Origin: a virus
Direction: 5' to 3' (one strand)
Virus record (IMG/VR): IMGVR_UViG_3300037245_001295
Location: 32,001-96,000 of that record
Length of the DNA stretch: 64,000 nucleotides
Shown here: positions 26,749-36,435 of the stretch, one piece after another
Layout of the letters: each line of letters opens with the position of its first letter
Numbering within the stretch: position 1 is the stretch's first letter
The notes under the pieces: generated by a model
Databases searched by the model: none
Told to the model about the DNA's origin: nothing
The model's input: the letters and a program-made list of their open reading frames with translations, nothing else
Translations under genes and position numbers: made by a program

Positions 26749-27693
26749 TTGGCACACATTGACTTGGAACTAATCCGTGCCCCTAAGTATCTCCTCCGCC
26801 CTGTGCGTGTCAACAGCGTCGAGTACGCGGAGATGCTGGACTCTATAAGAGATAATGGACTGTGGCAGCCTATCCTTGTTAGGGTGCTCGACAACGGCGA
26901 CTATGAGGTTGTGGAGGGTAACTGGCGGTATACTTGCTGTAAGCAACTCAGGTTCACAGCCATCCCTTGCATTGTATGCAAGCTCACAGACCCCGAGGTG
27001 CTGGTGGCACAGCTACAGTGCAATGGAATCCGACCAGAGACCACGCCGGTGGAATTTTCCGAACGTTTGGCACAGATTTTGCATAATACTCCTGGGATGA
27101 CTGTGCCAAAACTCGCAAAACTGATTCGCAAGAGCCCGTCTTGGATTCACAAAATCCTGCGGTTACAAAAGCTGCGAGCGCAATACAGCACGATGGTACG
27201 TAGAGGAGAGATGTCACTTACGGCCGCATGCGCCTTGGCCCGACTGCCCCCTGAATACCAAGATTTGCTGATAGACAAGGCTACAACATTATCAGCAAAG
27301 GACTTCACAGCCCTTGCCAACACGGAACTAAAACGTCTTCGGGAGGCTTCACGAAATGCGTACATTGATGGCCATGTTATCAATCAATCCAAACCGGTAC
27401 CATACCTTCGGAAGTTCGTTAAACTGCGGGGCGAATACCACAGGCCGACCGCCGCCGGTCCAACTTTGATTAAGATGGGCGCAGAGACAGCAATGGAGGG
27501 CTGGCTAACTTGTATGGCATGGATTATGCACATGGACCCGGATAGTATCGAGGATCAAGAACAAACGGTTCTCGCACGAAGTAAGATAGAACAGCGCGCA
27601 GCAAAGAGGCGAAAGAAAGAAAGACGCGCACTCAGGAAACTAAGAGAGGAAACTGGAGAAACAGAAATCCACCATTTGGAGAGTGAAGAATGA
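26743..27693 (+). CDS. ParB/Spo0J-like protein
   Basis: SIRDNGLWQPILVR...YEVVEGNWRY (divergent GxxR box); HTH LAKLIRKSPSWI. Confidence 0.85.
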   Translation: MNLAHIDLELIRAPKYLLRPVRVNSVEYAEMLDSIRDNGLWQPILVRVLDNGDYEVVEGNWRYTCCKQLRFTAIPCIVCKLTDPEVLVAQLQCNGIRPETTPVEFSERLAQILHNTPGMTVPKLAKLIRKSPSWIHKILRLQKLRAQYSTMVRRGEMSLTAACALARLPPEYQDLLIDKATTLSAKDFTALANTELKRLREASRNAYIDGHVINQSKPVPYLRKFVKLRGEYHRPTAAGPTLIKMGAETAMEGWLTCMAWIMHMDPDSIEDQEQTVLARSKIEQRAAKRRKKERRALRKLREETGETEIHHLESEE

Positions 27694-28421
27694 GTAAGAA
27701 AAACTCTTTAGTACCGTTTGATGCGAACGCCCTTCCGAGCACTGAGCTTGCGACGGACGAGCAACTTCAAGAGTTGTCCAAGGGAGTCGATTATTTGCAG
27801 CGTGTCCAGTTGGTCACGAAGGGCAAGTACGTTGACACGGGTAAGATTAAGCCCGGCCACTATGGTGTCCCCCAGCCCGGCGGCGAAGAGATTGATGATC
27901 TCGGCCCCGAGGTTGACTTCCTTCCTCTGTGTGTTCGGCCGAAGGCCTTGGACATGCGGGATCGTGAAGCAATCGTGGCAGTCTATGATATGGACAACCC
28001 GTCCTTCAAGGAAATCAAGAAGCTGTCAGCACAGTCCGATAGTAACTGTATGTGGGGGCCGTCGTTCCTCGTTCTCGAACGTTCGACAAACTCCCTCTTC
28101 GAGTTCTTTATGAGCAACAAGTCGTCTCGTGCTGAGTCAGGTAACTTGGTTAAGTTCCTGCCGATCAGCAAAGAGAAGGCTGAGCGAACAGGGGTCGAGC
28201 CGCAAGGGCCTATGCCTTGCACCTTGAAAGCTCGCTACGCAACGAGCGGTTCGTGGGGCTGGCATGTGCCAGTCGTAACGAAATGTTCTGAGCCCTTCAC
28301 CAACTCCCCGGATATTGAACGTATCCGAGAGGAGATGGTGAAGTTCACCTCTGTTAAGGATAACGGAGTTCAGAACGTGACAGAGGAAGAGGCCAAGGCG
28401 ACGAATCGCCGAGCCCGTTAA
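27690..28421 (+). CDS. putative single-stranded DNA-binding protein
   Basis: Replication context; size; WHVPVV motif; followed by a terminator. Confidence 0.45.
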   Translation: MSKKNSLVPFDANALPSTELATDEQLQELSKGVDYLQRVQLVTKGKYVDTGKIKPGHYGVPQPGGEEIDDLGPEVDFLPLCVRPKALDMRDREAIVAVYDMDNPSFKEIKKLSAQSDSNCMWGPSFLVLERSTNSLFEFFMSNKSSRAESGNLVKFLPISKEKAERTGVEPQGPMPCTLKARYATSGSWGWHVPVVTKCSEPFTNSPDIERIREEMVKFTSVKDNGVQNVTEEEAKATNRRAR

Positions 28422-28429
28422 ACCCGCTA

Positions 28430-28469
28430 AGGGAGCCGGAAAATAGCGATCCGGCTCCCTACCTTTTTC
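28430..28469 (+). terminator. intrinsic terminator / hairpin
   Basis: AGGGAGCCGGA...TCCGGCTCCCT then CTTTTT. Confidence 0.75.
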
Positions 28470-28471
28470 TG

Positions 28472-28544
28472 GGCGCGGTCGTCCAGTGGACCAAGACTCC
28501 GGGCTTTCATCCCGGCAACCGGGGTTCAATTCCCCGTCGCGTCA
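28472..28544 (+). tRNA. tRNA-Glu (TTC)
   Basis: Acceptor GGCGCGG/TCGCGTC; anticodon arm CCGGG-CTTTCAT-CCCGG; T-loop GGTTCAATTCC; no encoded CCA. Confidence 0.9.
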
Positions 28545-28576
28545 CTCACAGTAATTTAACCTCAGGAGAGAAGAAA

Positions 28577-28951
28577 ATGTTTACGAGATCATCCCTTAAT
28601 CTGTTGAAGTCAGCCGCAAAGTCCGATGCCGCAGCCCAGAGGGCGTTCGCACTCGCTCAAGCCGCGCAGACTAAGGCTAATAAGGCGCGAGAACTTGCCA
28701 GCGTGGCCGAAGCGAAGGAGCTAATCCTTGAACTGTCGAAAGCTGAGGTAGCGGCAAGACTGACCCAGACAAACGCTGCGTCAGCCTACATGGCTTCCGT
28801 TACAGACCGCAATTCTGCGTCGTCCGTTTATGAAGCCTCTAAGAAGAATGAGGAGGTCACGAAGGCAGCGTTGGCTCAGGCAGACGCGACCCTCATCGCG
28901 GCCGAAGATGCCGCCACCGTAGAGCGCGACCTAATCAAAACCACGGAGTGA
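28577..28951 (+). CDS. Ala-rich coiled-coil protein
   Basis: AGGAG RBS; heptad-like Ala/Lys/Glu composition. Confidence 0.65.
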   Translation: MFTRSSLNLLKSAAKSDAAAQRAFALAQAAQTKANKARELASVAEAKELILELSKAEVAARLTQTNAASAYMASVTDRNSASSVYEASKKNEEVTKAALAQADATLIAAEDAATVERDLIKTTE

Positions 28952-28954
28952 CTC

Positions 28955-29422
28955 ATGGACAACTCAGATTTAAGTGCAGGCCCCATCGAACATCTCGGAG
29001 GTGCCGAGCAACCGCTGGGCGACATCACTGCATTGTCACCTGAGATGGCTATCAAATCGCTACAACTGCTGAAAGCGAAGACTGAAGCTGACGCAGCAGA
29101 ATACGAGAAGCGGTTGGTCATGCAGCAGTTCCGCCCGTGTAAGATGTACCCTGTCGTCATCTACCATGACGGTATGCGTTGGGTCTGCTCGATGGGCGTC
29201 ATGGGCAACGCTTACAGTGACTATCTGCCTGACAGCGCAATGGGTCAGTCGGGGGTAGAGGGTTACGGCGAGTTCCCTGAGCAAGCGATGCAAAACTTCG
29301 ACGCTATGTGGGTAGGTATGGTGGCCGAGGAATTGGCCGACGCTGCGAACGACTCCAATGATGACTCTGACGACAGCCCTGACGACGACCCTGACGATGA
29401 CTTTTTCGGAGAAGAAGTATGA
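28955..29422 (+). CDS. hypothetical protein with acidic tail
   Basis: Coupled ORF; D-rich C-terminus. Confidence 0.6.
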   Translation: MDNSDLSAGPIEHLGGAEQPLGDITALSPEMAIKSLQLLKAKTEADAAEYEKRLVMQQFRPCKMYPVVIYHDGMRWVCSMGVMGNAYSDYLPDSAMGQSGVEGYGEFPEQAMQNFDAMWVGMVAEELADAANDSNDDSDDSPDDDPDDDFFGEEV

Positions 29423-29943
29423 CACCCGGAGTAGCGATGATCCTGCGATCTGAAATGGACCTTGGCACATTGCTGCCATTAACACGTAGGCTTCTGGGGT
29501 ACAGTATTGCAAAGCAAGCTGATGGGGCCACGATCCCCTTGGCTCCTATTGCCCACCAACTAGCCTGCCTCGCCGGGTTTAAGGATGAAAAAGCATCACC
29601 GACAGTCAGAGGCGGCGACTCTTATCTGGGTCTGCTTTCTGTTGGCTTCTTAGTTGCAGCAGACGAGCGGGACATGGTCTTCATCTTAGAAGCCACGCTC
29701 GGTATGGAATGGGTCGTCACAGATAGCACTCAACGCGGTACGCAGGCAGCACTAATCACCGGCACGCTGGCCCAGTGGAAGCGAGCGGTACGGGCAGCCT
29801 GTAAGCCTTCAACAGCCACCGCCGTGCGGCAGACCTACAATGCTGTGTATCGGCAGCTTTCCGATCAGAGTCTTCGCCCGTTATTCGGAGACCTCCGGGA
29901 ACACAAGCAAACAGACCAAACTTTTCTGCTGTTGGAAGGCTGA
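29419..29943 (+). CDS. hypothetical protein
   Basis: ATGA overlap with the upstream gene. Confidence 0.6.
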   Translation: MTPGVAMILRSEMDLGTLLPLTRRLLGYSIAKQADGATIPLAPIAHQLACLAGFKDEKASPTVRGGDSYLGLLSVGFLVAADERDMVFILEATLGMEWVVTDSTQRGTQAALITGTLAQWKRAVRAACKPSTATAVRQTYNAVYRQLSDQSLRPLFGDLREHKQTDQTFLLLEG

Positions 29944-29945
29944 GC

Positions 29946-30134
29946 ATGTACATCATCGTATTCACTGAGGACACACAGTCTGTTGTATCAACCGCCAAAG
30001 GAACGCCGCGAGATTTTTCAAAGGCGAAGAAGGCGAGAAACTTCATTCAAGGTAGGCCACGATTACGCAATCTTAAATGGCGGGTTGTTGAAGACCTACC
30101 CACAAACATCCAACGATTGAGAGTGGACCTGTAA
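29946..30134 (+). CDS. hypothetical small basic protein
   Basis: Fills the gap; TAATG overlap with the helicase gene. Confidence 0.5.
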   Translation: MYIIVFTEDTQSVVSTAKGTPRDFSKAKKARNFIQGRPRLRNLKWRVVEDLPTNIQRLRVDL

Positions 30135-32074
30135 TGTCAGAACCAGAAACAGTTCATCTGATGACGGAGACAAGTAGCGGGAAACTGATTAAAGTCCCGG
30201 TAACTTTCCAAGTGGTCAAGAAGCGGATCGAGTTTCTCAAATGCCCGTTTGCGTTGAAGGACGAGATCAAAGCAATGGCAGGGGCAAAGTGGCACGGGTA
30301 TGATGACGTAAAACGGATGATCTGGTCAGTCTCAGATTGTGCTAGGAACCGCTTCCAGCTTGCCTTCATGCAAGGTCAGAATCCATACACCCGTTGGGAG
30401 AAGCCTCTACAGGAATTCAGCTACGAGCGGCCACTGCGGCAGCACCAAGAACTGATGTCGAACTGGGGCCTGACGTATCATTACTGCATCCTGGCGGCCG
30501 AGATGGGTACTGGTAAGACTCTCTCTGCTATCGAGATCATGGAACAGTCGGGCTTTGAGGACTGGTGGTGGGTTGGGCCGAAGTCTGGGCTCAAGGCAGT
30601 CGAACGGGAGTTTAAGAAGTGGGGCTTGACCGGTGTTGACTTGAAGCTGATGACCTACGAAGCCTTGCGAAACATCGTGAAGAACTGGACACCCGGCGAC
30701 AGGCCACCCCACGGACTGGTCTGTGATGAGTCCAGTCGCCTGAAGAATCACCGGGCAAAGAGGTCAGAAGCGGCTCAGCATTTGGCTGACGGCATCCGTG
30801 AGGCCTTCGGCAGTGATGGCTATGTCATTGAGATGTCTGGCACACCATCGCCCAAATCGCCAGTGGACTGGTGGAGCCAGTGCGAGATCGCCGCCCCAGG
30901 CTTTCTGCGTGAGGGTAGTATGAAATCGTTCGAGCGGCGGATGGGCATCTTTGCGGAGAAGGAAACGTCCCAGGGAAAACACCTGCAACGAATCGCGTGG
31001 TTAGACGACGAAGACAAGTGCGCGATCTGTGGCGGCTATGCGGACGAAGAACAGCATAACCCCGACCTCTTCGCAGAGGACTACCACCCGTGGGAGGCGA
31101 GCTTCAATGAGGTGGCTTTTTTGAACGAGAGACTGCAAGGGCTGGTGCTGGTTCTACACAAGAAGGATTGCCTCGACCTGCCCGAGAAGCAGTACCGCAC
31201 CGTCGAGTGTCCGATGACTCCGACGACCGAGCGGGTGGCGAAGGCGTTGGCAAAGATCGCTCCGAATGTAATCACCGGCCTGACATGGCTGCGTGAGTTG
31301 AGCGACGGCTTCCAGTACAGGGACGAAGTTGATGGCACTGATCCGTGCCCCGTCTGTGCTAGTACCGACACACCTGGGCAGACTGAAGTGTGGTGTGACC
31401 CGGAGGACGAGGACCGCCAGTTTGAGATGGTGGACATGCTCGACCCAGAGTATGTCGAGACGTTGGAGAAGAAGCTGATCGAATGCCCAACGTGCGAAGG
31501 TTCGGCCGAAGTGCCTCATAAGATTCGTGTCACTCGGGAAGTACCCTGCCCGAAGGACAAGGCACTAATTGAACTGCTTGACGAAAATGACGATCAAGGT
31601 CGCCTCGTGGTGTTCACCGGTTTCACCGGCTCTGTGGACCGAATCACCAAACTCTGTCTGAAGCAGAAGTGGGCAGTCGTCAAGGTTGACGGCCGTGGTT
31701 GGAAAGTCTGGGACATGGACGGCAACTACCTTCTGAAAGAAGACCCGCTAGAATACTGGGCCGACATTGCCAAGAACAGACGAGTCGTCTTCGTTGCCCA
31801 CCCGCAGTCCGGCGGCATGGGCCTGACGCTCACTGAGAGCCGCATGGCCGTCTTCTACAGTAATGACTTCAACCCAGAGTCCCGGTCGCAGGCAGAGGAT
31901 CGCATCCACCGCATGGGCACGGATGTGAATCTAGGTGCGACAATCGTAGACCTGATCCACCTGCCGACAGACGCGAGGGTGCGAGACATCTTGAGACAAA
32001 ACAGAAAGCTGGAGTTGATGACGTTGGGTGACGTTGGCTCGACTCTCGGCATAGAACCTGCTGAAGAGGAGTAA
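30134..32074 (+). CDS. SNF2-family (SF2) helicase with zinc-finger insertions
   Basis: AEMGTGKT, CDESS, SGTP, GGMGLTLT, QAEDRIHRMG. Confidence 0.9.
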   Translation: MSEPETVHLMTETSSGKLIKVPVTFQVVKKRIEFLKCPFALKDEIKAMAGAKWHGYDDVKRMIWSVSDCARNRFQLAFMQGQNPYTRWEKPLQEFSYERPLRQHQELMSNWGLTYHYCILAAEMGTGKTLSAIEIMEQSGFEDWWWVGPKSGLKAVEREFKKWGLTGVDLKLMTYEALRNIVKNWTPGDRPPHGLVCDESSRLKNHRAKRSEAAQHLADGIREAFGSDGYVIEMSGTPSPKSPVDWWSQCEIAAPGFLREGSMKSFERRMGIFAEKETSQGKHLQRIAWLDDEDKCAICGGYADEEQHNPDLFAEDYHPWEASFNEVAFLNERLQGLVLVLHKKDCLDLPEKQYRTVECPMTPTTERVAKALAKIAPNVITGLTWLRELSDGFQYRDEVDGTDPCPVCASTDTPGQTEVWCDPEDEDRQFEMVDMLDPEYVETLEKKLIECPTCEGSAEVPHKIRVTREVPCPKDKALIELLDENDDQGRLVVFTGFTGSVDRITKLCLKQKWAVVKVDGRGWKVWDMDGNYLLKEDPLEYWADIAKNRRVVFVAHPQSGGMGLTLTESRMAVFYSNDFNPESRSQAEDRIHRMGTDVNLGATIVDLIHLPTDARVRDILRQNRKLELMTLGDVGSTLGIEPAEEE

Positions 32075-32077
32075 GAC

Positions 32078-32380
32078 ATGAAAGTCTTTGAAGTCAAGAT
32101 TGTGCTGGGCCGTGGGTTTGATTCTTGGACTCAGTATTTCTCAGACTATCCGTCTCTTGAGACAATTAAACTTCGACTCCGAGGCAGAGAGCGGCGGGGT
32201 TATCCGAACTTGTATAATTTTGCAACACGTCTTAACGATGCTAACTGGGTTACCGTGGAGAATCCAGACAAACTAACTCAGACAGTCTTCTGCTGCGGCG
32301 TGTGGGTTGGCGTGATTGAAATGTCCGAGAAGGACGTGTACATCTGTGACAAACAACAGACAATGAAAATCGAGGAGTGA
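32078..32380 (+). CDS. hypothetical protein
   Basis: GAGGAG RBS junction. Confidence 0.6.
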   Translation: MKVFEVKIVLGRGFDSWTQYFSDYPSLETIKLRLRGRERRGYPNLYNFATRLNDANWVTVENPDKLTQTVFCCGVWVGVIEMSEKDVYICDKQQTMKIEE

Positions 32381-32383
32381 GAC

Positions 32384-32590
32384 ATGAACTACAGACTAAT
32401 CAACAAGTTTTGCTATGGCCTAGCAATCTCATCGGTTGTGGTTGGCACGGTCATTGGCATCGCCGCAGTTTGGGTGGAAGCCTTTCAGGATTCGGACATC
32501 CCATCTAAAGGCCTTGTCACAACCTGCATCCTGTTTACCGCCGCTGCCTTGGGCGCGGTTGTTACGAAACTTATGACAGTAGAGGAGTAA
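32384..32590 (+). CDS. small two-TM membrane protein
   Basis: GAGGAG RBS; two hydrophobic helices. Confidence 0.6.
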   Translation: MNYRLINKFCYGLAISSVVVGTVIGIAAVWVEAFQDSDIPSKGLVTTCILFTAAALGAVVTKLMTVEE

Positions 32591-32593
32591 GAC

Positions 32594-32830
32594 ATGGTTT
32601 GCGGAACACTGTATCAATGCTTGAATTTCCTAGCTCGGCACAACGGCGTAATCAGCCTAGCCCCGCATCCCGAAGACCCGTGCAAGACGCGATGCGTTAT
32701 CAAGGTGGACGGCGACGAAGACGAAGTGCTGGCCACAATCGAATTCCCCTGCACAGCAGAGATGGATGTATTGGGACGGGCCATCATCCCCACCTGCCGG
32801 GCTCTGTGCGAACAAGTGGAGGAGGAGTAA
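32594..32830 (+). CDS. hypothetical protein
   Basis: GAGGAG RBS; weak similarity to the 43.2-43.9 kb paralogs. Confidence 0.6.
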   Translation: MVCGTLYQCLNFLARHNGVISLAPHPEDPCKTRCVIKVDGDEDEVLATIEFPCTAEMDVLGRAIIPTCRALCEQVEEE

Positions 32831-32973
32831 TGCCTGATTTCACACCAGAGGAACTGAGGATTATCGCCCGTTTGGCACAGAACTTGCTGGGCAACGCCTT
32901 AGAAGCTGGGCTCGACCCTGGAATTCTGATGTCAATTTACAATAAAACGGAAGATTTCCTTGACAACGCCTGA
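32830..32973 (+). CDS. hypothetical protein
   Basis: GGAGGAG-TAATG junction. Confidence 0.5.
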   Translation: MPDFTPEELRIIARLAQNLLGNALEAGLDPGILMSIYNKTEDFLDNA

Positions 32974-32988
32974 TTCATGTGGTATGAT
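32960..32988 (+). promoter_or_regulatory. sigma-70-type promoter
   Basis: TTGACA-17 bp-TATGAT with TGn extended -10; AGGAGG RBS downstream. Confidence 0.75.
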
Positions 32989-33005
32989 TAAGATAGGAGG
33001 AGAGA

Positions 33006-33984
33006 ATGGAACCAACCACAGCAGCACATTTGCAACTGATCCTGGACGAATTTGACGCCCGCAGCCTTGCGGTCGCCAGGGCCATAAGCCCTCAGGGTGA
33101 GACGGGCGAGACTCTGGTAAAATTGAATCCCGTGCAAGTTGAATCAGCCGTTGACTATCTCACTACGACCCTCAACTACATCAAGGCGTTGAAGTGATTA
33201 TCCGAGAGTATACGATCACTAAGACACCGGAGGTCGTCACCTTCCAGCTTGACCACGCGGAACTGACAGACGAGGAAATGCTGACTCACCTTGAGTCCTG
33301 GCGCAGCCCGTGGGGTCGGAAAGACCCCAACCTACACATAACTGAAACCCTTGACGGAATTGAACTACATCGGAGACCCGAGTGAAGTACCGACCGTGCG
33401 ACCGTATGGATTGTCCAAACATCGTGGTTAGCAAAGGCCCGGGATCGCCCGATCGCATTTGCTATTTCTGCTATAAGGAATATCTAGCCCTGGATGGAAG
33501 CATCGACCCAGCAGCATTTTTAGAGACGACTCCCCCTGCGGAGCGGCGATCGCCGGTCCCAGGACTGGGGTTTTTAATGGGCGTAACACAGGTAGAGACA
33601 TTACTTCAAAAGGATACCAGCATGAGCGAACCCACCATTACGATTGACGGCCGGGCGTACACAGTTCAGGGGCTTGTAGCCAACGCATTTGACAAAGCAA
33701 TAGCAGCTTCCCTCACCGCCGCAGACGGCGTCAGGGAAGCCGTCGAACGAACGATTGCGGCTAGCCGCCATAACGCCGACCTTCTGGAAGCCCTGGAAGA
33801 CGGCCGCGCGTTCCGCATCGCGTTCAAGAAGAAGGGCGAGACGGATTGGACTCGCATAAGGATTGAGGAAGAGGGCATCTTGAAGTTAGCGGCGCAGGAG
33901 GAGGTTCTACTTCGACAGGAAGTCCTGATGGACAATCTCGGCACCCTTCTTGGCGTGGAAACATTTTCAATTGACAACATTTGA
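33006..33984 (+). other. three coupled hypothetical ORFs (33006-33197, 33194-33385, 33382-33984)
   Basis: GTGA overlaps downstream of the sigma-70 promoter. Confidence 0.55.
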
Positions 33985-33994
33985 GGCGAGACAC

Positions 33995-34195
33995 ATGAGA
34001 GCTTTGATTGCAGTAGTAGCGTTGATTTTACTGAGCATCCTGATCCTTGGTTGTGACCCGCAGCCGGCCGACGGCACGGCAGGTCGCTACCACCTGCGAG
34101 AACGGGTGGGGAACTTCTTCGACCGGGACATGCTTGCAGCCCGCTACCACATGCGGACTCGCACGGCGAAGTTCTTCGGCCGGGGTGCGTGCTAA
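33995..34195 (+). CDS. putative small lipoprotein
   Basis: MRALIAVVALILLSILILG-C lipobox-type signal. Confidence 0.55.
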   Translation: MRALIAVVALILLSILILGCDPQPADGTAGRYHLRERVGNFFDRDMLAARYHMRTRTAKFFGRGAC

Positions 34196-34595
34196 TGAGC
34201 GTAATGGCTTGTCACCGCGCTGGCTGCGAAAGCGTCATGTGCGACCGGTATTCATCCCAGTATGGCTACATCTGCGGCGGGTGCTTTACTGAACTCGTCC
34301 ACTTGGGAGCCGGGATCGACGTAGCGGCATTCATGTCGAGCGAGCGTAATCAGGATACGGAAGAGGCGGACTTCGCCTACTTCGACGCCCTTTTCCAACT
34401 CGGAGACGACTGATGACACGAGATGAGATGCTAAAGGAAGGCTACACCTGTTACTGCATTCAATGCCATGCGGCATACAAAACGCAACCGACCGTGCAGT
34501 ACGAAGACGGGCATGGAGGCCGCCGGTTGGGAGAATGCGGGCGTTGTGGTTGTGATCTGTTTGCCAGTATGAAAGATGATTCACAGGTGAAATAA
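34195..34595 (+). other. two small Cys-rich ORFs (34195-34413, 34413-34595)
   Basis: CxxC pairs; overlapping stop/start codons. Confidence 0.5.
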
Positions 34596-35509
34596 TGCCA
34601 AGCACTGTTGAAAGATTAACGTTGAAAGGGCTTATCACGCCGCCAAGTTGGCTGCCCACCAATGTCCATTACGAGACCGTCATAGGCTCAGTGGCCTACG
34701 GTGTAAGCACCGATGCGTCTGACTTCGACACGGTTGGTTTCTGTGTCCCGCCTAAGGACATAGTGTTCCCGCACCTTGCGGGCAGGATTCAAGGGTTCGG
34801 CCGACAGCAGCGGAAGTTCGTCTGCTACCAGAAGCACGGCGTATATGTGGCCGACGCATTGGGCGGCGCGGGGCGTACCTATGACCTGAACGTCTACAAC
34901 ATCGTTCACTACTTCAACCTGTGCATGGAGAACAACCCGAACATGATCGACTCGCTGTTCACGCCCCAAGAGTGCGTGCTGCACAGCACTAAGATCGCGA
35001 ACATGGTGCGGGACAAGCGGTGCATGTTCCTACACAAGGGAGCGTGGCACCGGTTCAAGGGTTATGCGTACAACCAGCTTCACAAGATGAAGACGAAGAC
35101 GCCGGAGCCCGGCAGCAAGCGGTGGGACAGTGTGCAGAAGCACGGCTTTGACGTGAAGTTTGCGTACCATGTGGTGCGGCTGCTTTATGAGGTCGAACAG
35201 ATTCTCACTGAGGGGACCATCGACATTCGGCGGAACCGGGCGCATCTGAAGGCCATCAGAAATGGCGAAGTGTCGGAGGCCGGTGTAACACAGTGGGCTT
35301 CTGACAAAGAGAAGTCCTTGGAGAAGGTGTACGAAACGTCCCCACTGCCACACGGCCCCGACGAACCCGCGATTAAGCGGCTGCTGTTTGAGTGCTTGGA
35401 AGAACACTACGGCAGTCTGAAAGACGCTGTAGTGTTGGAAGATTCGGCGTCTCTCGCTCTGCGAGAGATTGCCGAGATTGTTGACCGAAGCCGAACCTTG
35501 TTAGGATAG
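34595..35509 (+). CDS. Pol-beta superfamily nucleotidyltransferase (RlaP-like)
   Basis: GSVAYG.ST..SDFD; NNPNMID; K.AYH..RL. Confidence 0.85.
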   Translation: MPSTVERLTLKGLITPPSWLPTNVHYETVIGSVAYGVSTDASDFDTVGFCVPPKDIVFPHLAGRIQGFGRQQRKFVCYQKHGVYVADALGGAGRTYDLNVYNIVHYFNLCMENNPNMIDSLFTPQECVLHSTKIANMVRDKRCMFLHKGAWHRFKGYAYNQLHKMKTKTPEPGSKRWDSVQKHGFDVKFAYHVVRLLYEVEQILTEGTIDIRRNRAHLKAIRNGEVSEAGVTQWASDKEKSLEKVYETSPLPHGPDEPAIKRLLFECLEEHYGSLKDAVVLEDSASLALREIAEIVDRSRTLLG

Positions 35510-35511
35510 AC

Positions 35512-36435
35512 ATGCTACTTTGTTGGCAATGCAATTTAGAAGCGGAGATTCTACCTGACGGGTGGGCGTGCCATCATTGCGGTCAGCATGGCGATTATAG
35601 TGGCAACTACGCTAAGACGTGGACAATAGGTTCATTACGGAATGTTCCATACTGGAAAGAAGACATGCCTCAGACTTGGTTCTCGGCAGATTGGCATCTT
35701 GGCCACGAAGGTATCCTCACGCACCAGTTGACTCGGGACGCGGATTTTGCCAGCGTGGACGAGATGGACGCCGCCATCATTGACGGCACCAATGCCGTCG
35801 TCATGCCCCAAGATACCCTGTACTTCCTTGGCGATTACGGGTGGAAGGCCAGCCGGTACGGTCACTATCGTCAGAGGTTGAACGTGCGAGGACTGCACAT
35901 TATCCGGGGCAACCATGACCGCTCCAGCCTGGGCCACCACTGCTCGACGTTCACTGACATGCTCACCCGCAAGTTCCGCTGGCCTGGGCTGGACCATCGC
36001 GTGAAGATTCACATGCTGCACTACCCGATCTTGTCGTGGGACGCCATACACCATGGCGGCATCCACCTGTACGGACACTGCCACGGGATGATCGAGGACA
36101 ACCTGGATAAGATTCATCCTGGCCGACGTTCGATGGATGTTGGCATTGACAACATACACAAGCTCACTGGTGAGTGGCGGCCAATTAGTTTGGCCGAAGT
36201 GATCGCTGGCCTCGGCGGCGACACCACTGCTGACCGGATGCCTGGACCCTTCGAGGAAGCCGTCAGCACGGAAGACAAACTGCGAGAAGCTCTAGAAGAT
36301 ATTTCGGTACGTTACGAAGAGTCTCTCAGCGGTTGGCGGGCCGGATACGTTTGCCAATTGTGCGGCGCGTCCGCTGGTAGCCGGGAGCAGCACGAACACA
36401 AACCTGACTGTATCGTCATAAGGAGCCAAGAATGA
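35512..36435 (+). CDS. calcineurin-like metallophosphoesterase
   Basis: ADWHLGH, LGD, GNHD, HYP, LYGHCHG, DVGID; flanked by small Cys motifs; true start may be at MPQTW. Confidence 0.85.
   Translation: MLLCWQCNLEAEILPDGWACHHCGQHGDYSGNYAKTWTIGSLRNVPYWKEDMPQTWFSADWHLGHEGILTHQLTRDADFASVDEMDAAIIDGTNAVVMPQDTLYFLGDYGWKASRYGHYRQRLNVRGLHIIRGNHDRSSLGHHCSTFTDMLTRKFRWPGLDHRVKIHMLHYPILSWDAIHHGGIHLYGHCHGMIEDNLDKIHPGRRSMDVGIDNIHKLTGEWRPISLAEVIAGLGGDTTADRMPGPFEEAVSTEDKLREALEDISVRYEESLSGWRAGYVCQLCGASAGSREQHEHKPDCIVIRSQE

Noticed and set aside
29419-29943. ThyX-like thymidylate synthase (ITGTL..W resembles TGN.R.W)
   Set aside because: The RHRxxSxxxxSxR signature is absent; at most a degenerate fold.
30134-32074. 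Intein in the helicase or polymerase insertions
   Set aside because: The inserts are short Cys-rich segments without C...HN splice motifs or LAGLIDADG.
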